From contig CAVZJB010000016.1 in NCBI GenBank assembly GCA_963775425.1, forward strand, positions 1,152,001-1,216,000: DNA of 64,000 nt. The letters are read 5' to 3'. Below, in pieces: positions 1-9,553 of the stretch. The position numbers were made by a program, and so were the translations under genes. Source of the DNA: an uncultured delta proteobacterium. GTDB lineage: Bacteria > Myxococcota > UBA727 > VGSZ01. How positions within the stretch are numbered: the first letter of the stretch is position 1; every line of letters starts with the position of its first letter. The notes beneath the pieces are model-generated. The model was given only the letters and a program-made list of their open reading frames with translations, was not told where the DNA came from and did no database searches.

Positions 1-2
1 AC

Positions 3-3000
3 TCGAGCGGCGGCATGGTCGTCGGCACGTTCAAGTACCTCTCGCCGGAGCAGGCGCTCGGCGCCGACGTCGACGGCCGCGCCGACCTCTACTGCCTCGG
101 CATCATCCTGTACGAGCTCCTGGCCGGGCGGCACCCGTTCTACTCGGAGAACTCCGTCGGCTACGCCTACCACCACGCGCGCAAGCAACCGCCGGACGTC
201 GCGCGCTTCAACCCCGAGGTGCACAAGGGGCTGAAGGCGGTGTGCGAACGCCTGATCAAGAAGGACCCTCGCGAGCGGTTCCCCACGGCCGACGACGTCA
301 TCGTCGCCATCCGCGAGGCGATGGACGGCTTCGTCGAGGAGATGAGCCAGAAGCTGCGGCCGATGCCCAAGGGCAAGGAGCTGCCCTTCGAGCTCGCCAA
401 GGACCAGCTCTTCGCGCCGTCGCTGGTCGGGCGGGCGGCGGAGCAAAAGACGCTGTTGTCGGCGGCGGAGCAGTTGCTCGCCGGACGCGGCGCCGTCGTC
501 GCCGTCACCGGCAAGAAGGGCATCGGCAAGACGCGGCTGGTGCGCGAGGTGGGCGGCCAGGCAAAGGCGCGCAACATCGACTTCCTCTGGGGCGCGTGCC
601 CGCAGCAGGGCGGGCTGCCGTACCAGCCGTACGTCGACGTCCTCGACCAGCTCATCCAGACCGCCGCCGACAACTACGCCTCCGACGAGCTCAAGCGCCT
701 GCTCGGCGACGAGGGGCGCGTGCTCGCGCGCTATGTGCCGGCCATCGACAGGCTCGAGGCCGACGTGCGGCCGCGGCCGGCGCCGGCGCTCAATCCGCAG
801 GGCGAGAAGGTGCGCTTCCTGTCCGCGGTCACCGCGTTCCTCGGCCGATGCGCGGCCGCGCAGCCTCGTGTCATCGTCATCGACGACCTGCACCACGCCG
901 ACGAGCTGTCGCTGCAGCTCACGCGTTACCTCACGGAGACGCTCGCGCGCAGCGAGCCGGCGAGCGAGGGGCCGGCCACGCGCTTCTCGCCGCTGGCGCT
1001 CGTCTTCACCCTCGATCCCGCGGACACGCAGGCGGAGGAGGCGCGGGCGCTCCTGTCCAAGCTTTCGCAGGAGCGCGCGTTTTCGAGCCTCGCCCTGCCC
1101 GCGCTGTCGCCCGTCGAGGTGCAGGAGATGCTCGCCTCGATGATCGGCGGCGGCGAGGTCGCCCAGGCGCTCGCCGACTACCTCCACCACGAGACGGAGG
1201 GCGTGCCCGGACAAGTCGAAGAGCGCGTGCGCGCCTGGGCGGAGTCCGGCGAGCTGCGCCGCAAGGGACGCCAGTGGGTGCTCATCAAGCCCAACGCAAA
1301 GCCGAAGAGGCCGCCCGTTGCAGCCGCGGCCGTGGCGCCGGCGCCCGGCCGTCCCGATCCGTTCGACGACGCGCCTTTGAGCTCTCCCGTCGAGGTCGTC
1401 GAGGTGCGCGCGGCCACCCGCGCCGACATCCCCATCCCCGTCATCGGGGAGAGCCCCAACGACAAGCGCATCGCGCGCCTGTCACCCATCGCGCGCGACG
1501 TCGCCGAGCGCATGGCGGTGGCCGGCGACCGCGTGCCGGGCTCGTTGCTCGAGCGGGTCGCCCTGCGCACCGAGGATGAGCTGCTCGACGCGCTCGACGA
1601 GCTCATCAAGCGCGAGATCATCGCCGAGGACAAGGGCGAGGCGTACTTCAGCTTCGCCGACGTCGATGACCGCGACGCCCTCATGCGCGCGCTGCCGGCG
1701 GATCGCCGCCAACACCTGCACCTGCTCGTGGCCCGCGCCATCGAGGAGGACGCCAAGCGTCACAAGCGCAAGGTGAACCCCGAGGAGCAGGCGCACCACT
1801 ACCTCGAGGGCGGCGACACAGTGAGCGCGCTCGAGCAGCTCATGCAGGCCGCGCGCGTCTCGCTCGCCGCGAGCGCCACGCAGTCCGCCGCGCAGCGCGT
1901 GGGCGAGGCGCAGGAGCTCGTGCAAAAGGAGCTGAAGGCGCGGCCGCTCGACGCCGCCCTCATCCGCTGCGACGTCGAGCTCGTGCTCCTGCGCCTCGAC
2001 GTGCTCGCGGCGGTGAACATCCACACCGACTGCGTGTCGCTGGCCAAGCGCCGCCTGCCCAAGCTGCGCGGCGCCGTGGACACGCGCCTGGTGTGCGAGT
2101 GCCTTCTGCGGCTCGCCGCGAGCGAGCGCATCCTCGGCGACCTCGACGCCGCCCTCGAGCACGTCGGCGAGGTCCTCGCCACCACCGAGCGCGGCGGGAA
2201 CCACGCGCTGCGCTGCCGCGCCAAGAGCCTGTGCGGGATGATCTACGAGCAGCGCGGTCAGTTCGACCTCAGCGAGCGCTACTACGCCGACGCGCTCGAG
2301 CTCGCCCGCGCCATCGGCGACGAGCTCGAGGAGGAGCGCGCCCGCGGCGCCGTCGCCAACCGCCACCTGCTCGCCGGCGATCTGCGCGCGGCGCGCGCGG
2401 ACTTCGAGCGCCTGCTGAAGCAGGCGGAGCTGCGCGGCGAGAAGCTGCGGATCCTCGGCTACGTCAACTCGCTCGGCATCATCTCGCACGAGGAGGCGCG
2501 CTTCGACGAGGCCGAGGTCGCCTACCGGCGCATGCTCGAGCTGGCCAAGCCCACCGGCGACCGCAGGAGCCTCGCCATCGCGCACGGCAACATCGGCGTG
2601 GTCCGTCGTGACCAGGGGCGCTTCGGCGACGCGCTCTCGCAGTGCGAGCGTGCCGCGCGCATCTTGAAGGACCTCAACCAGCTCGAGGGCCTCGCCTACG
2701 TCCGCATCGTCGAAGCGCAGACGCTGCTCGACCGCGCCCTCACGGCAAAGGACGGCGGCGACGACGACCGTGCGGCGTTCGACAAGGCCGAAGAGGCGTT
2801 CGACCTCGCCGAGCGGGCGTCGGCGGCCATGCGGCTCGCCGAGGCGTGCATCTGCCGTGGCCAGGCGCTGGCGCGCCTCGGCAAGATCGAGGACGGCACC
2901 GCCGACATCGAGCGCGGCCTCGAGGCCGCCCGCTCCATCGGCGCCAACCGCATCATGCTGTTCGGCATGGGCGCCGCGGCCGAGGCCGCCGCGCTCGGGG

Positions 3001-3119
3001 GCAACACCGCGGAGGCGAAGAAGGTGCTCGCCGCCGCGCTCCGCCGCGCGCACGACACGGGCTTCCTGCGCTTCGTGCGGCGCCTCGAGGAGCTCGGCAA
3101 CGCCCGCTCCCTCCTGTGA
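3..3119 (+). CDS. Ser/Thr protein kinase (C-lobe) + AAA/STAND-type ATPase + TPR repeats; 5' end lies upstream of the window
   Basis: Frame is open from the window start. Kinase subdomains VIII-IX are visible (VGTFKYLSPEQ, DGRADLYCLGIILYELL). Walker A is GKKGIGKT and Walker B is VIDDLH. The C-terminus has helical TPR-like repeats. Confidence 0.9.
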   Translation, partial: SSGGMVVGTFKYLSPEQALGADVDGRADLYCLGIILYELLAGRHPFYSENSVGYAYHHARKQPPDVARFNPEVHKGLKAVCERLIKKDPRERFPTADDVIVAIREAMDGFVEEMSQKLRPMPKGKELPFELAKDQLFAPSLVGRAAEQKTLLSAAEQLLAGRGAVVAVTGKKGIGKTRLVREVGGQAKARNIDFLWGACPQQGGLPYQPYVDVLDQLIQTAADNYASDELKRLLGDEGRVLARYVPAIDRLEADVRPRPAPALNPQGEKVRFLSAVTAFLGRCAAAQPRVIVIDDLHHADELSLQLTRYLTETLARSEPASEGPATRFSPLALVFTLDPADTQAEEARALLSKLSQERAFSSLALPALSPVEVQEMLASMIGGGEVAQALADYLHHETEGVPGQVEERVRAWAESGELRRKGRQWVLIKPNAKPKRPPVAAAAVAPAPGRPDPFDDAPLSSPVEVVEVRAATRADIPIPVIGESPNDKRIARLSPIARDVAERMAVAGDRVPGSLLERVALRTEDELLDALDELIKREIIAEDKGEAYFSFADVDDRDALMRALPADRRQHLHLLVARAIEEDAKRHKRKVNPEEQAHHYLEGGDTVSALEQLMQAARVSLAASATQSAAQRVGEAQELVQKELKARPLDAALIRCDVELVLLRLDVLAAVNIHTDCVSLAKRRLPKLRGAVDTRLVCECLLRLAASERILGDLDAALEHVGEVLATTERGGNHALRCRAKSLCGMIYEQRGQFDLSERYYADALELARAIGDELEEERARGAVANRHLLAGDLRAARADFERLLKQAELRGEKLRILGYVNSLGIISHEEARFDEAEVAYRRMLELAKPTGDRRSLAIAHGNIGVVRRDQGRFGDALSQCERAARILKDLNQLEGLAYVRIVEAQTLLDRALTAKDGGDDDRAAFDKAEEAFDLAERASAAMRLAEACICRGQALARLGKIEDGTADIERGLEAARSIGANRIMLFGMGAAAEAAALGGNTAEAKKVLAAALRRAHDTGFLRFVRRLEELGNARSLL

Positions 3120-3272
3120 CGTCGCGCGACCGGCCGGGACGCGCGCGCAGGGTTTGCCGCTTGCGATGGCGCGGGAGCGCGAGCGGGCGCAACCGTTGCG
3201 CGCCCGAAAACCAAAGAGCGCGAGCGCGCGCACGCTGCCGCGTGGCGCGGAGAGTGCAGACGGGCGAGGCCC

Positions 3273-4049
3273 ATGATGACCCCTGACTTCGCGCCCGAGA
3301 AGGCGCGCCTCGCCGTCGTCGTCGACGGAGATCCCGGCGTCCGGCGCCTGACCGTGCGCGCCCTGGAGAGCGCCGGCTTTCGCTGCGCCGCGTTTCGCGA
3401 CGGAGAGAGCGCGCTGTCGTGGCTGAGCAGCAGCCGCGCGCCACGCGTCATCACCGTCGACGTCGATCTCCCGGGCATGAGCGGGCTCCAGCTCGTGCGC
3501 GCGCTGCGCGCGAGGCCGCGGCTCGAGCGCGTCCCGACGGTGGTGCTCGCCGAGGAGCGCGCCCTCGGCGACGCGCTCGCCGCCGGCAACCTCGGCGCCC
3601 TCTTCGTGAAGAAGCCGTTTCGCACGCGCGACCTCGTCGACGCGGTGCTGCGCCTCGTGGCCGCGGCGCCGCCGCCGCGGATCCTCATCGTCGACGACGA
3701 CAGCGACATCCGCGAGGCGATCGACTGCGTCGTGCGCGAGCAGGGCTACGACGCCGTCTGTGCCCGCGACGGCCTCGACGCCCTCCGCGTCATCGACGAC
3801 CCCGTGGCGCCGCCCCACCTCGTGATCCTGGACGTCCTCATGCCGCGCCTCGACGGCATCGGCCTCGCCCAGGTGCTGCGCGCACGGGAAGCGACGCTCC
3901 CGGTGGTGTTGGTGTCGGCGCACGAGGACGTCGCCAAGCACGCGGAGGTCCTCGGTGTGGCCGGGCACCTGCGAAAGCCCGTCACCCTCGACGATCTCCT
4001 GGACGTCATCCGCACGGTGACGACGGCGCCGGTCACACGCGCGATTTGA
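3273..4049 (+). CDS. Response regulator with two tandem receiver domains and no output domain
   Basis: REC1 reads VVDGD...DVDLPGMSG...KKPF. REC2 reads ILIVDDD...LDVLMPRLDG...RKPV. Confidence 0.85.
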   Translation: MMTPDFAPEKARLAVVVDGDPGVRRLTVRALESAGFRCAAFRDGESALSWLSSSRAPRVITVDVDLPGMSGLQLVRALRARPRLERVPTVVLAEERALGDALAAGNLGALFVKKPFRTRDLVDAVLRLVAAAPPPRILIVDDDSDIREAIDCVVREQGYDAVCARDGLDALRVIDDPVAPPHLVILDVLMPRLDGIGLAQVLRAREATLPVVLVSAHEDVAKHAEVLGVAGHLRKPVTLDDLLDVIRTVTTAPVTRAI

Positions 4050-4431
4050 CCTTGGTGAGCCCCGCCTCTTCGAGCTGCCGCGCGCGCTCCCGCGTGACGT
4101 TCAGCAGGCGGCCAATCTCCTCGAGCGTGAGCCCGCCGCGCTCGGCGATATCGAGGGCGCAGGTCTCCGGCAGCTCCCACGGCTCGACGCCCGGGAAGTT
4201 CAGCTTGATGGAGCCGGTGGCCTCGTTGACGTCGAGATAGAGGTGAAAGCGGCACGACACGTACAGGCAGGGGCGCGGACCCGAGCGGCACTCGGCGCGC
4301 GTCCTGGGCCGCGCGTCATCGATGACATGCAGCAGGCCGGCCGCCGGCGACGACCCGCGCTCGCGCTTCAACCTGCGCGGCGAGAGCGTCCGGGGACGGC
4401 GCCGCGCGCGAACGAGATCAATGGTCACCAC
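4033..4431 (-). CDS. Small DNA-binding protein with a Cys/His-rich N-part and a sigma-70 region-4 HTH
   Basis: C-terminus LTLEEIGRLLNVTRERARQLE is a region 4.2 signature. The GTG start at 4431 follows AGGTGG. The longer ORF extension to 4956 is shadow sequence. Confidence 0.8.
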   Translation of the reverse strand: MVTIDLVRARRRPRTLSPRRLKRERGSSPAAGLLHVIDDARPRTRAECRSGPRPCLYVSCRFHLYLDVNEATGSIKLNFPGVEPWELPETCALDIAERGGLTLEEIGRLLNVTRERARQLEEAGLTKVKSRV

Positions 4432-4445
4432 GGTCCACCTCGTCG

Positions 4446-5381
4446 TCAGCGCCCGAGGCGCGCGAACAGGCCGTTTTCGGGCTCGAAGTAGCCGACCACC
4501 GTCGCGGTGGCCTCGGAGTCCGTCTGCGCGTCCTCGACCGCCTCGCGCATCCCTTCGAAGTGCAAAACCAGCACGTAGTCCGTCCCCGGCTCGAGGAACG
4601 GCGCGTCCGTCCCGACCGAAGCCAGCACCTCGCGGCCGGTATCGACGCTCACGTTGTGCAGGACCTCGGCGTGCAGCCCCTCGGAGCGCTGGACGTCCTC
4701 CTGGAACTGCGGCCGCCGGCCGTTGTTCGTGCGATCCATCGTCTCGGAGCGTGTGGTCGTCGTCCTTCGCGGCCCGACGGGCACAAAGCCTCCCTCGGCC
4801 ATCACCCTGGTCTCGGCGATGTCGAGCGCGCGCAAGCTCCCGACGGTGCGCCCGCTCTTGGGGGAGCCGCGCATGACGACGAGCTTGCCGGCGTACTCGT
4901 CGGGCTCCGTGAGCGCCGCCTTCAACGAAAACAGCGGCAGCTTCGCGCGCCGGCACAGCCGCAGGTCATGCTCGACGTCGCCGCCGCGCACGGCCATCAC
5001 GTGCCCCACGAGCTCCGCGTAGTGGGGGCTCTTCTTCATGTCCTCGAGCCACGGCGGAGCCAGCAGAGTCTCGAGGTCGGTGTAGTCGGGGCGGAGGACA
5101 CACTGTTGCATCACGGCCCAGCCCCGCTGCTTGTCCTTGGCGCGCAGCGCGCGCGCCGTGATCTCGCAGGTGTGGGCGGCGTCGTGGGCGAGGGCGACGC
5201 TGCGCGCCTCGTCGACGGTCATGGGCGGGGTGCGGGCGCGCGGCGGCTCCGGCGCGGCGTCCTCCCACACGACGGTGGGCGACTCACCGACGAGCCGTGG
5301 CGCCTCGGGCGTGGCGCAGCCGGCGGCGAGCCCCAACACGAGGGGCGCGAAGGACGCGAAGGACGAGAGAGCTGACGTCAT
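4446..5381 (-). CDS. Hypothetical lipoprotein
   Basis: ATG at 5381 follows GAGGAA. Signal peptide ends in the lipobox LAAGC. The start overlaps the stop of the upstream gene. Confidence 0.75.
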   Translation of the reverse strand: MTSALSSFASFAPLVLGLAAGCATPEAPRLVGESPTVVWEDAAPEPPRARTPPMTVDEARSVALAHDAAHTCEITARALRAKDKQRGWAVMQQCVLRPDYTDLETLLAPPWLEDMKKSPHYAELVGHVMAVRGGDVEHDLRLCRRAKLPLFSLKAALTEPDEYAGKLVVMRGSPKSGRTVGSLRALDIAETRVMAEGGFVPVGPRRTTTTRSETMDRTNNGRRPQFQEDVQRSEGLHAEVLHNVSVDTGREVLASVGTDAPFLEPGTDYVLVLHFEGMREAVEDAQTDSEATATVVGYFEPENGLFARLGR

Positions 5382-6061
5382 GGTTTCCTCGACGAGGGGC
5401 GAGCGGAGGGGGCGGTGGCGTTCGACCGCGGCGGCGCCAGGGAGAACAGCCGCGCCTGCGCGCACGCCGCGCCGCAGACGCCGGAGAGGCACGCGGCCGA
5501 CACCGCGGGCGCCTGCTCGTCGGCCATCCGGGCGACACACTGCTGCTCGTCGCCGTTGCAGGCGTCGTGGACGCAGGCGCAGCAACCCTGGGCGCTGCCG
5601 ACGACGGCGCCGATGTCCCTCACCAACGCGGCGAGCCCCGCATAGCAGGCGGCGTGGCCGGGGTTGAAGCGGCCGGCGTCGTCGGTGAGGCGGCGGGAGC
5701 CGTCACCGCCGCAGCGACGTGTGGCGGCGGCGACGCGGGCGGTGCAGACGGCGAGGATGCCCGCGTCGGGCGCGGCTGCCTCGCCGCTGGCGAGCGCGGT
5801 GCACAGCTCGCCGGCGAGGACCTCCGCGGCGCGCTGGTTCTCCTGCGCGCGCACCCTGGACGGCGACGCCGGCTCCGTGCGGCCCTCGACGGTGCACGGG
5901 AGCTCGTCGAGGAGCGTCTTGCGGGTGCAGGCCCACGCGCTCGCCTGCGGGGCGGTGCCGTCCCTGGCGGGAGCGGGCGGCGGCACCTGCGCGCCGGCGA
6001 CGCCGGCGACCATGAGGGCCGACAGGATCGGAACCAGACGCATCATCGGGGCCAGGCGCAT
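5378..6061 (-). CDS. Hypothetical secreted Cys-rich protein
   Basis: Signal peptide (ILSALMVAGVAGA-Q) and many Cys (CCAC...C...C). The start may instead be 6046 or 6043. Confidence 0.7.
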   Translation of the reverse strand: MRLAPMMRLVPILSALMVAGVAGAQVPPPAPARDGTAPQASAWACTRKTLLDELPCTVEGRTEPASPSRVRAQENQRAAEVLAGELCTALASGEAAAPDAGILAVCTARVAAATRRCGGDGSRRLTDDAGRFNPGHAACYAGLAALVRDIGAVVGSAQGCCACVHDACNGDEQQCVARMADEQAPAVSAACLSGVCGAACAQARLFSLAPPRSNATAPSARPSSRKP

Positions 6062-6155
6062 GGCGGGAACCTCCCGCGCCCATCGTGCAGCCACCGTGCC
6101 TCCCTGACCAGCGCCCTCGCGCTGCGCCCCCCGGCCGCTGGGGAGCGCCCGCGCT

Positions 6156-6178
6156 GCGACCGGAGGGAGCGGCCGCGC
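6156..6178 (+). repeat. Dispersed REP-like intergenic element GCGACCGGAGGGAGCGGCCGCGC
   Basis: Matches the cores of the two tandem copies at 47713-47772. Confidence 0.6.
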
Positions 6179-6211
6179 GTCAATTGAGCGGCGTACCGCC
6201 CAATCTGAGCA

Positions 6212-6961
6212 TTACGCGAGGCGGTCGGGGTCCGCGTGGGTGACCGCGTGCTCCAACAGCGCGGGGTCGGCGATCGCTTCCTGGATGAGCCGGGCGACGA
6301 CGCGGAGCGCGCCGCGGGTGCCGAGCGCGACGAACATGCCCGCCTCGGAGTCGTAGCCGAGCTCGAGCTCGAGCTCGGGGCGCCGCAAGCGCACCAGCGA
6401 CTCGACCACGGCCTGCCAGGTGTAGCCGGTGCCCTGCAGCCCGCGCGCCTCGAAGAGCGGCAGGCGCGGCATGCGAAAGTCGTCGAGGCAGAGGCTGTAG
6501 CGCCCCTCGCCGTGCTCGACGAGGCGGCAGGGCGCGATCTCCTTCTCCTCGACGCTCACAATCTCGCCGTCGGAGCGAAGCCCCTCGTGCGCCACCTCGT
6601 CCATCTCGCGCAGCGAGAGCGCGTGGTGCGACAGCGCGGGCAGCCGCGTGCCCCGCCCGAGGCCCGCGTCGCGCGGCGCGCGCTTGGCCGCGTGCGCCGG
6701 TGCCTCCTTCGGCGCGCGCGCGGGCTTCGCCGCCGAGGCCTTCTTCTTCGTCGAGGCCTTCTTCTTCGTCGAGGCCGTCTTCTTCGTCGAGGCCTTCTTC
6801 TTCGTCGAGGCCTTCTTCTTCGTCGAGGCCTTCTTCTTCGTCGAGGCCGGCTTCCTCGTCGAGGCCGGCTTCTTCTTCGCGGCGGGCTTCGCTGCCTTCT
6901 TCGCCGCGCGTTGCCCGGCGCGGCTCATGGCGGCGGCGCGCTTCTTCTTCTTCGCGGGCAT
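6212..6961 (-). CDS. Lys/Ala-rich histone-H1-like N-terminus fused to an Imm51-like domain
   Basis: (ASTKKK)n repeats. The C-terminal GxGYTW..VVESLV...ELGYDSEAGMFVA resembles the Imm51 family motif. Confidence 0.65.
   Translation of the reverse strand: MPAKKKKRAAAMSRAGQRAAKKAAKPAAKKKPASTRKPASTKKKASTKKKASTKKKASTKKTASTKKKASTKKKASAAKPARAPKEAPAHAAKRAPRDAGLGRGTRLPALSHHALSLREMDEVAHEGLRSDGEIVSVEEKEIAPCRLVEHGEGRYSLCLDDFRMPRLPLFEARGLQGTGYTWQAVVESLVRLRRPELELELGYDSEAGMFVALGTRGALRVVARLIQEAIADPALLEHAVTHADPDRLA
6734..6879. repeat. About 8 copies of an 18-bp coding tandem repeat (GTCGAGGCCTTCTTCTTC) encoding ASTKKK
   Basis: Directly visible in the sequence. Confidence 0.9.
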
Positions 6962-6979
6962 GCGGACTCCTGTCCCCGG

Positions 6980-7543
6980 CTACTCTGCGGCCTCGAGGGT
7001 ATCGTCGATGTCACCCTCGGCGAGGGCTTCTGCCTCGGCGGCCACGAGCCCGGTCCTGACGAGGTGGGGGTTTTCGAGCGGCGCGGTGGCGACGACGGCG
7101 CGCTCGAGCGATTCGAAGACGTCGCGGACGGCGCCTTCGCCGAGGTGCTCGAGCAGGATCTGGAGGTTGCGCTCGGCGTTCTTCCGGTAGCGCTGCACCA
7201 TGCGCAGGCCCTTGGGCATAGGCACCACGGCCGCCACGCGGTGATCACGGCGATCGCGCCGCTTCTCCACGAGGCCCATGCGCATGAGCTTCTCTACGAG
7301 CACCGACGTCGTCGACTGCGCGAAGCCCAGCATGTCCTTGAGCTCGGTGACGGACGCCTTCCCGCGCGACGCGAGGAAGGAGAGCGCGTGGTACTGCGTG
7401 AGCGTGAGCTCGCTGCGCGGGCCGCCGCGGCTCATGGGCTTGATCAGCCGCCGCTGGAGCAACGCCACGCACTGTTCCGCTCGCACGAAGAGATCACCGT
7501 TGATCTGCGGACCTTCGGGATCGACGTGGAGCGGTGTGGCCAT
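6980..7543 (-). CDS. MarR-family transcriptional regulator
   Basis: LTLTQYHALSFL...SVTELKDMLGFAQSTTSVLVEKL...GLVEKRRDRRDHR. Confidence 0.85.
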   Translation of the reverse strand: MATPLHVDPEGPQINGDLFVRAEQCVALLQRRLIKPMSRGGPRSELTLTQYHALSFLASRGKASVTELKDMLGFAQSTTSVLVEKLMRMGLVEKRRDRRDHRVAAVVPMPKGLRMVQRYRKNAERNLQILLEHLGEGAVRDVFESLERAVVATAPLENPHLVRTGLVAAEAEALAEGDIDDTLEAAE

Positions 7544-7660
7544 CGGTCCTCCTGCGCAGGGGCCGCATCAAGACCCCCTTCGCCCATTCGTGTCAACCGC
7601 GCTCTTGCGTAGACGTGAAACTCTTGACGGAACCCGTGACGCGGGCCGACCCTGCCTGCG

Positions 7661-8731
7661 ATGTTCGTCATCCGCAGCGCCACCTCCGACGACCTGAAGG
7701 GCGTGCAGCGGCTCGCATCCGTCCTGAACACGGTCAATCTTCCGAACGATCCGGGAGCGCTGAAGGCCCTCATCGATGTTTCGGAGCGGTCCTTCAACGG
7801 AAAGATCGAGGCACCGCTCGAGCGTGAGTACCTCTTCGTGATGGAGCACAAGAAGAAGATCATCGGGACCAGCCAGATCATTGCGCAACACGGCACACGC
7901 GAGGCCCCGCACATCTACTTCGACGTCTTCGAGGAAGAGCGCTACAGCCAGACCATCGACAAGCACTTTCGCCACAAGGTGCTGCGCATCGGCTTCGACT
8001 ACGAGGGGCCGACGGAGATCGGCGGCCTCGTCCTCGACCCCGACTTCCGCGGCGCCCCGGGCAAGCTCGGCAAGCAGCTCAGCTTCGTCCGCTTCGTCTT
8101 CATGGCCATGCACCGGGACGCGTTCCGCAACCGCATCCTCGCCGAGCTCCTGCCGCCGCTCGGCAAGGAGGGGCGCAGCGCGCTGTGGGAAGCGCTCGGG
8201 CGCCGCTTCACGGGCATGGACTACAGCGAAGCGGACCGCATTTCGCGCACCAACAAGGAATTCATCCAGAACCTCTTCCCCTCGGGGCTCATCTACGCGT
8301 CGCTGTTCGACGAGGAAGCGCAGGACGTGCTCGGCAAGGTGGGCCCCGCCACCGAAGGCGTGAAGAAGATGCTCACGGCCGTCGGCTTCGAGCAGCTCGC
8401 CCGCATCGATCCCTTCGACGGCGGCCCCCACTTCGAGGCGCAGGTGGACGACGTCTGGCCGGTGACGCAGACGCAACGCGGCAAGGTCGCCGTCGTCGAC
8501 AAGAAGGAGATCGTCGACACCGCCGGCGAGAGCGCCGACGGCCTCGTGGCCTTCGAGCCCGACAAGAAGCGCGCGAGGAAGGACGGCCACCTGCGCTGCG
8601 CGCACACCGAGTTCCGCTGGCACAACGGCGGCAAGCGCATCGACATCCCCGCCGACGCCGCCAAGGCGCTCCACGTCGAGGACGGCGACCGCGTCTGGGC
8701 CCTCGCCTTCGCCACGCACACCCGCAAGTAG
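7661..8731 (+). CDS. astA: Arginine N-succinyltransferase
   Basis: NLPND start region, TEIGGLVLDPDFR, GKQLSFVRF, W.ALGRRFTGMDYSEAD and IDPFDGGP motifs. Confidence 0.85.
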   Translation: MFVIRSATSDDLKGVQRLASVLNTVNLPNDPGALKALIDVSERSFNGKIEAPLEREYLFVMEHKKKIIGTSQIIAQHGTREAPHIYFDVFEEERYSQTIDKHFRHKVLRIGFDYEGPTEIGGLVLDPDFRGAPGKLGKQLSFVRFVFMAMHRDAFRNRILAELLPPLGKEGRSALWEALGRRFTGMDYSEADRISRTNKEFIQNLFPSGLIYASLFDEEAQDVLGKVGPATEGVKKMLTAVGFEQLARIDPFDGGPHFEAQVDDVWPVTQTQRGKVAVVDKKEIVDTAGESADGLVAFEPDKKRARKDGHLRCAHTEFRWHNGGKRIDIPADAAKALHVEDGDRVWALAFATHTRK

Positions 8732-8771
8732 TACGCGGGCTCCCGAACGAGCACCGGCGCTCTTCGCGGCG

Positions 8772-9236
8772 TCACCGGCGCCGCAGCGCGCGCAGCGTCG
8801 CCTGCTGCGCTTCCGTCAACCGCCCCTTGAGGCGCACGAGCAGCCCGAGGTGCGCGCGCTTCATGTCGTGCTCGAGCGACATGACCTTGTCGGCCTGCGC
8901 CAGCACCTTCGCCTCGTTCGGGTGGACGTCGTCGAGGAGGCGCGCGAGCTGGTCGCCCTGGACGTTCATGTCCCACTGGATCTTCACCGCTTGCGCCTGG
9001 AAGCGCTGGATGTCCTCGACCATGGCCGCCCGCGTCTTGTCGTCGAGGCCGATCTCCTGCTGGTGGCTCATGATGAGCTCCGGCGGAAACAGCCGATCCC
9101 CGATGGGGTCGTGCGGCTGCATCGGCGGCGGCGGCGGCTGCGGCGGCGGCGGCGGCGGCGGCGGCTGCTGGGCGCGCGCGACGCCGGCGTACGCGAGGAA
9201 GGCGGCGAACAAGAAGAGCGAGGACAAGGGCTTCAC
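8772..9236 (-). CDS. Periplasmic Spy/CpxP/heavy-metal-sensor-like helical protein
   Basis: Signal peptide, Pro-rich linker, FPPELIMSHQQEIGL and a C-terminal LTEAQQ (LTxxQ) motif. Confidence 0.8.
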   Translation of the reverse strand: MKPLSSLFLFAAFLAYAGVARAQQPPPPPPPPQPPPPPMQPHDPIGDRLFPPELIMSHQQEIGLDDKTRAAMVEDIQRFQAQAVKIQWDMNVQGDQLARLLDDVHPNEAKVLAQADKVMSLEHDMKRAHLGLLVRLKGRLTEAQQATLRALRRR

Positions 9237-9553
9237 GGCAGATCTCCGTTGACGAGGTTGGGGGTGGTCCCGAGCACGTCAAGGCCGGGGACGTCGAGGA
9301 GGGAGTCGAGCGGCGTCTCGATCGACGCCGACGACAGCGCGGGGGAAGACAGATCGAGGGGCGCGGGCGGCGGCGGGCGGCTCACGACGAACACCGCCGC
9401 CGCGGCCGCCGCCAGAGGGACGAGCACGAGGCCGAGCCGCTGCGCCGGTCCCAGGCGCGGAGGCGCCACAGCGCGCGCCCGCACCGCCGCGAAGGACGGG
9501 GCGGGCTCGTGGGCGCGCGCGAGGGCCGCGCGGATGTCGTCATCGTCGTTCAT
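9233..9553 (-). CDS. Putative single-TM anti-sigma factor
   Basis: Short protein with one hydrophobic segment and an ETPLDSLL motif. It is translationally coupled between the ECF sigma gene and the Spy-like gene. Confidence 0.65.
   Translation of the reverse strand: MNDDDDIRAALARAHEPAPSFAAVRARAVAPPRLGPAQRLGLVLVPLAAAAAAVFVVSRPPPPAPLDLSSPALSSASIETPLDSLLDVPGLDVLGTTPNLVNGDLP

Noticed and set aside
9124-9165. (GGC)n run
   Set aside because: It simply encodes the poly-Pro linker of the Spy-like protein.
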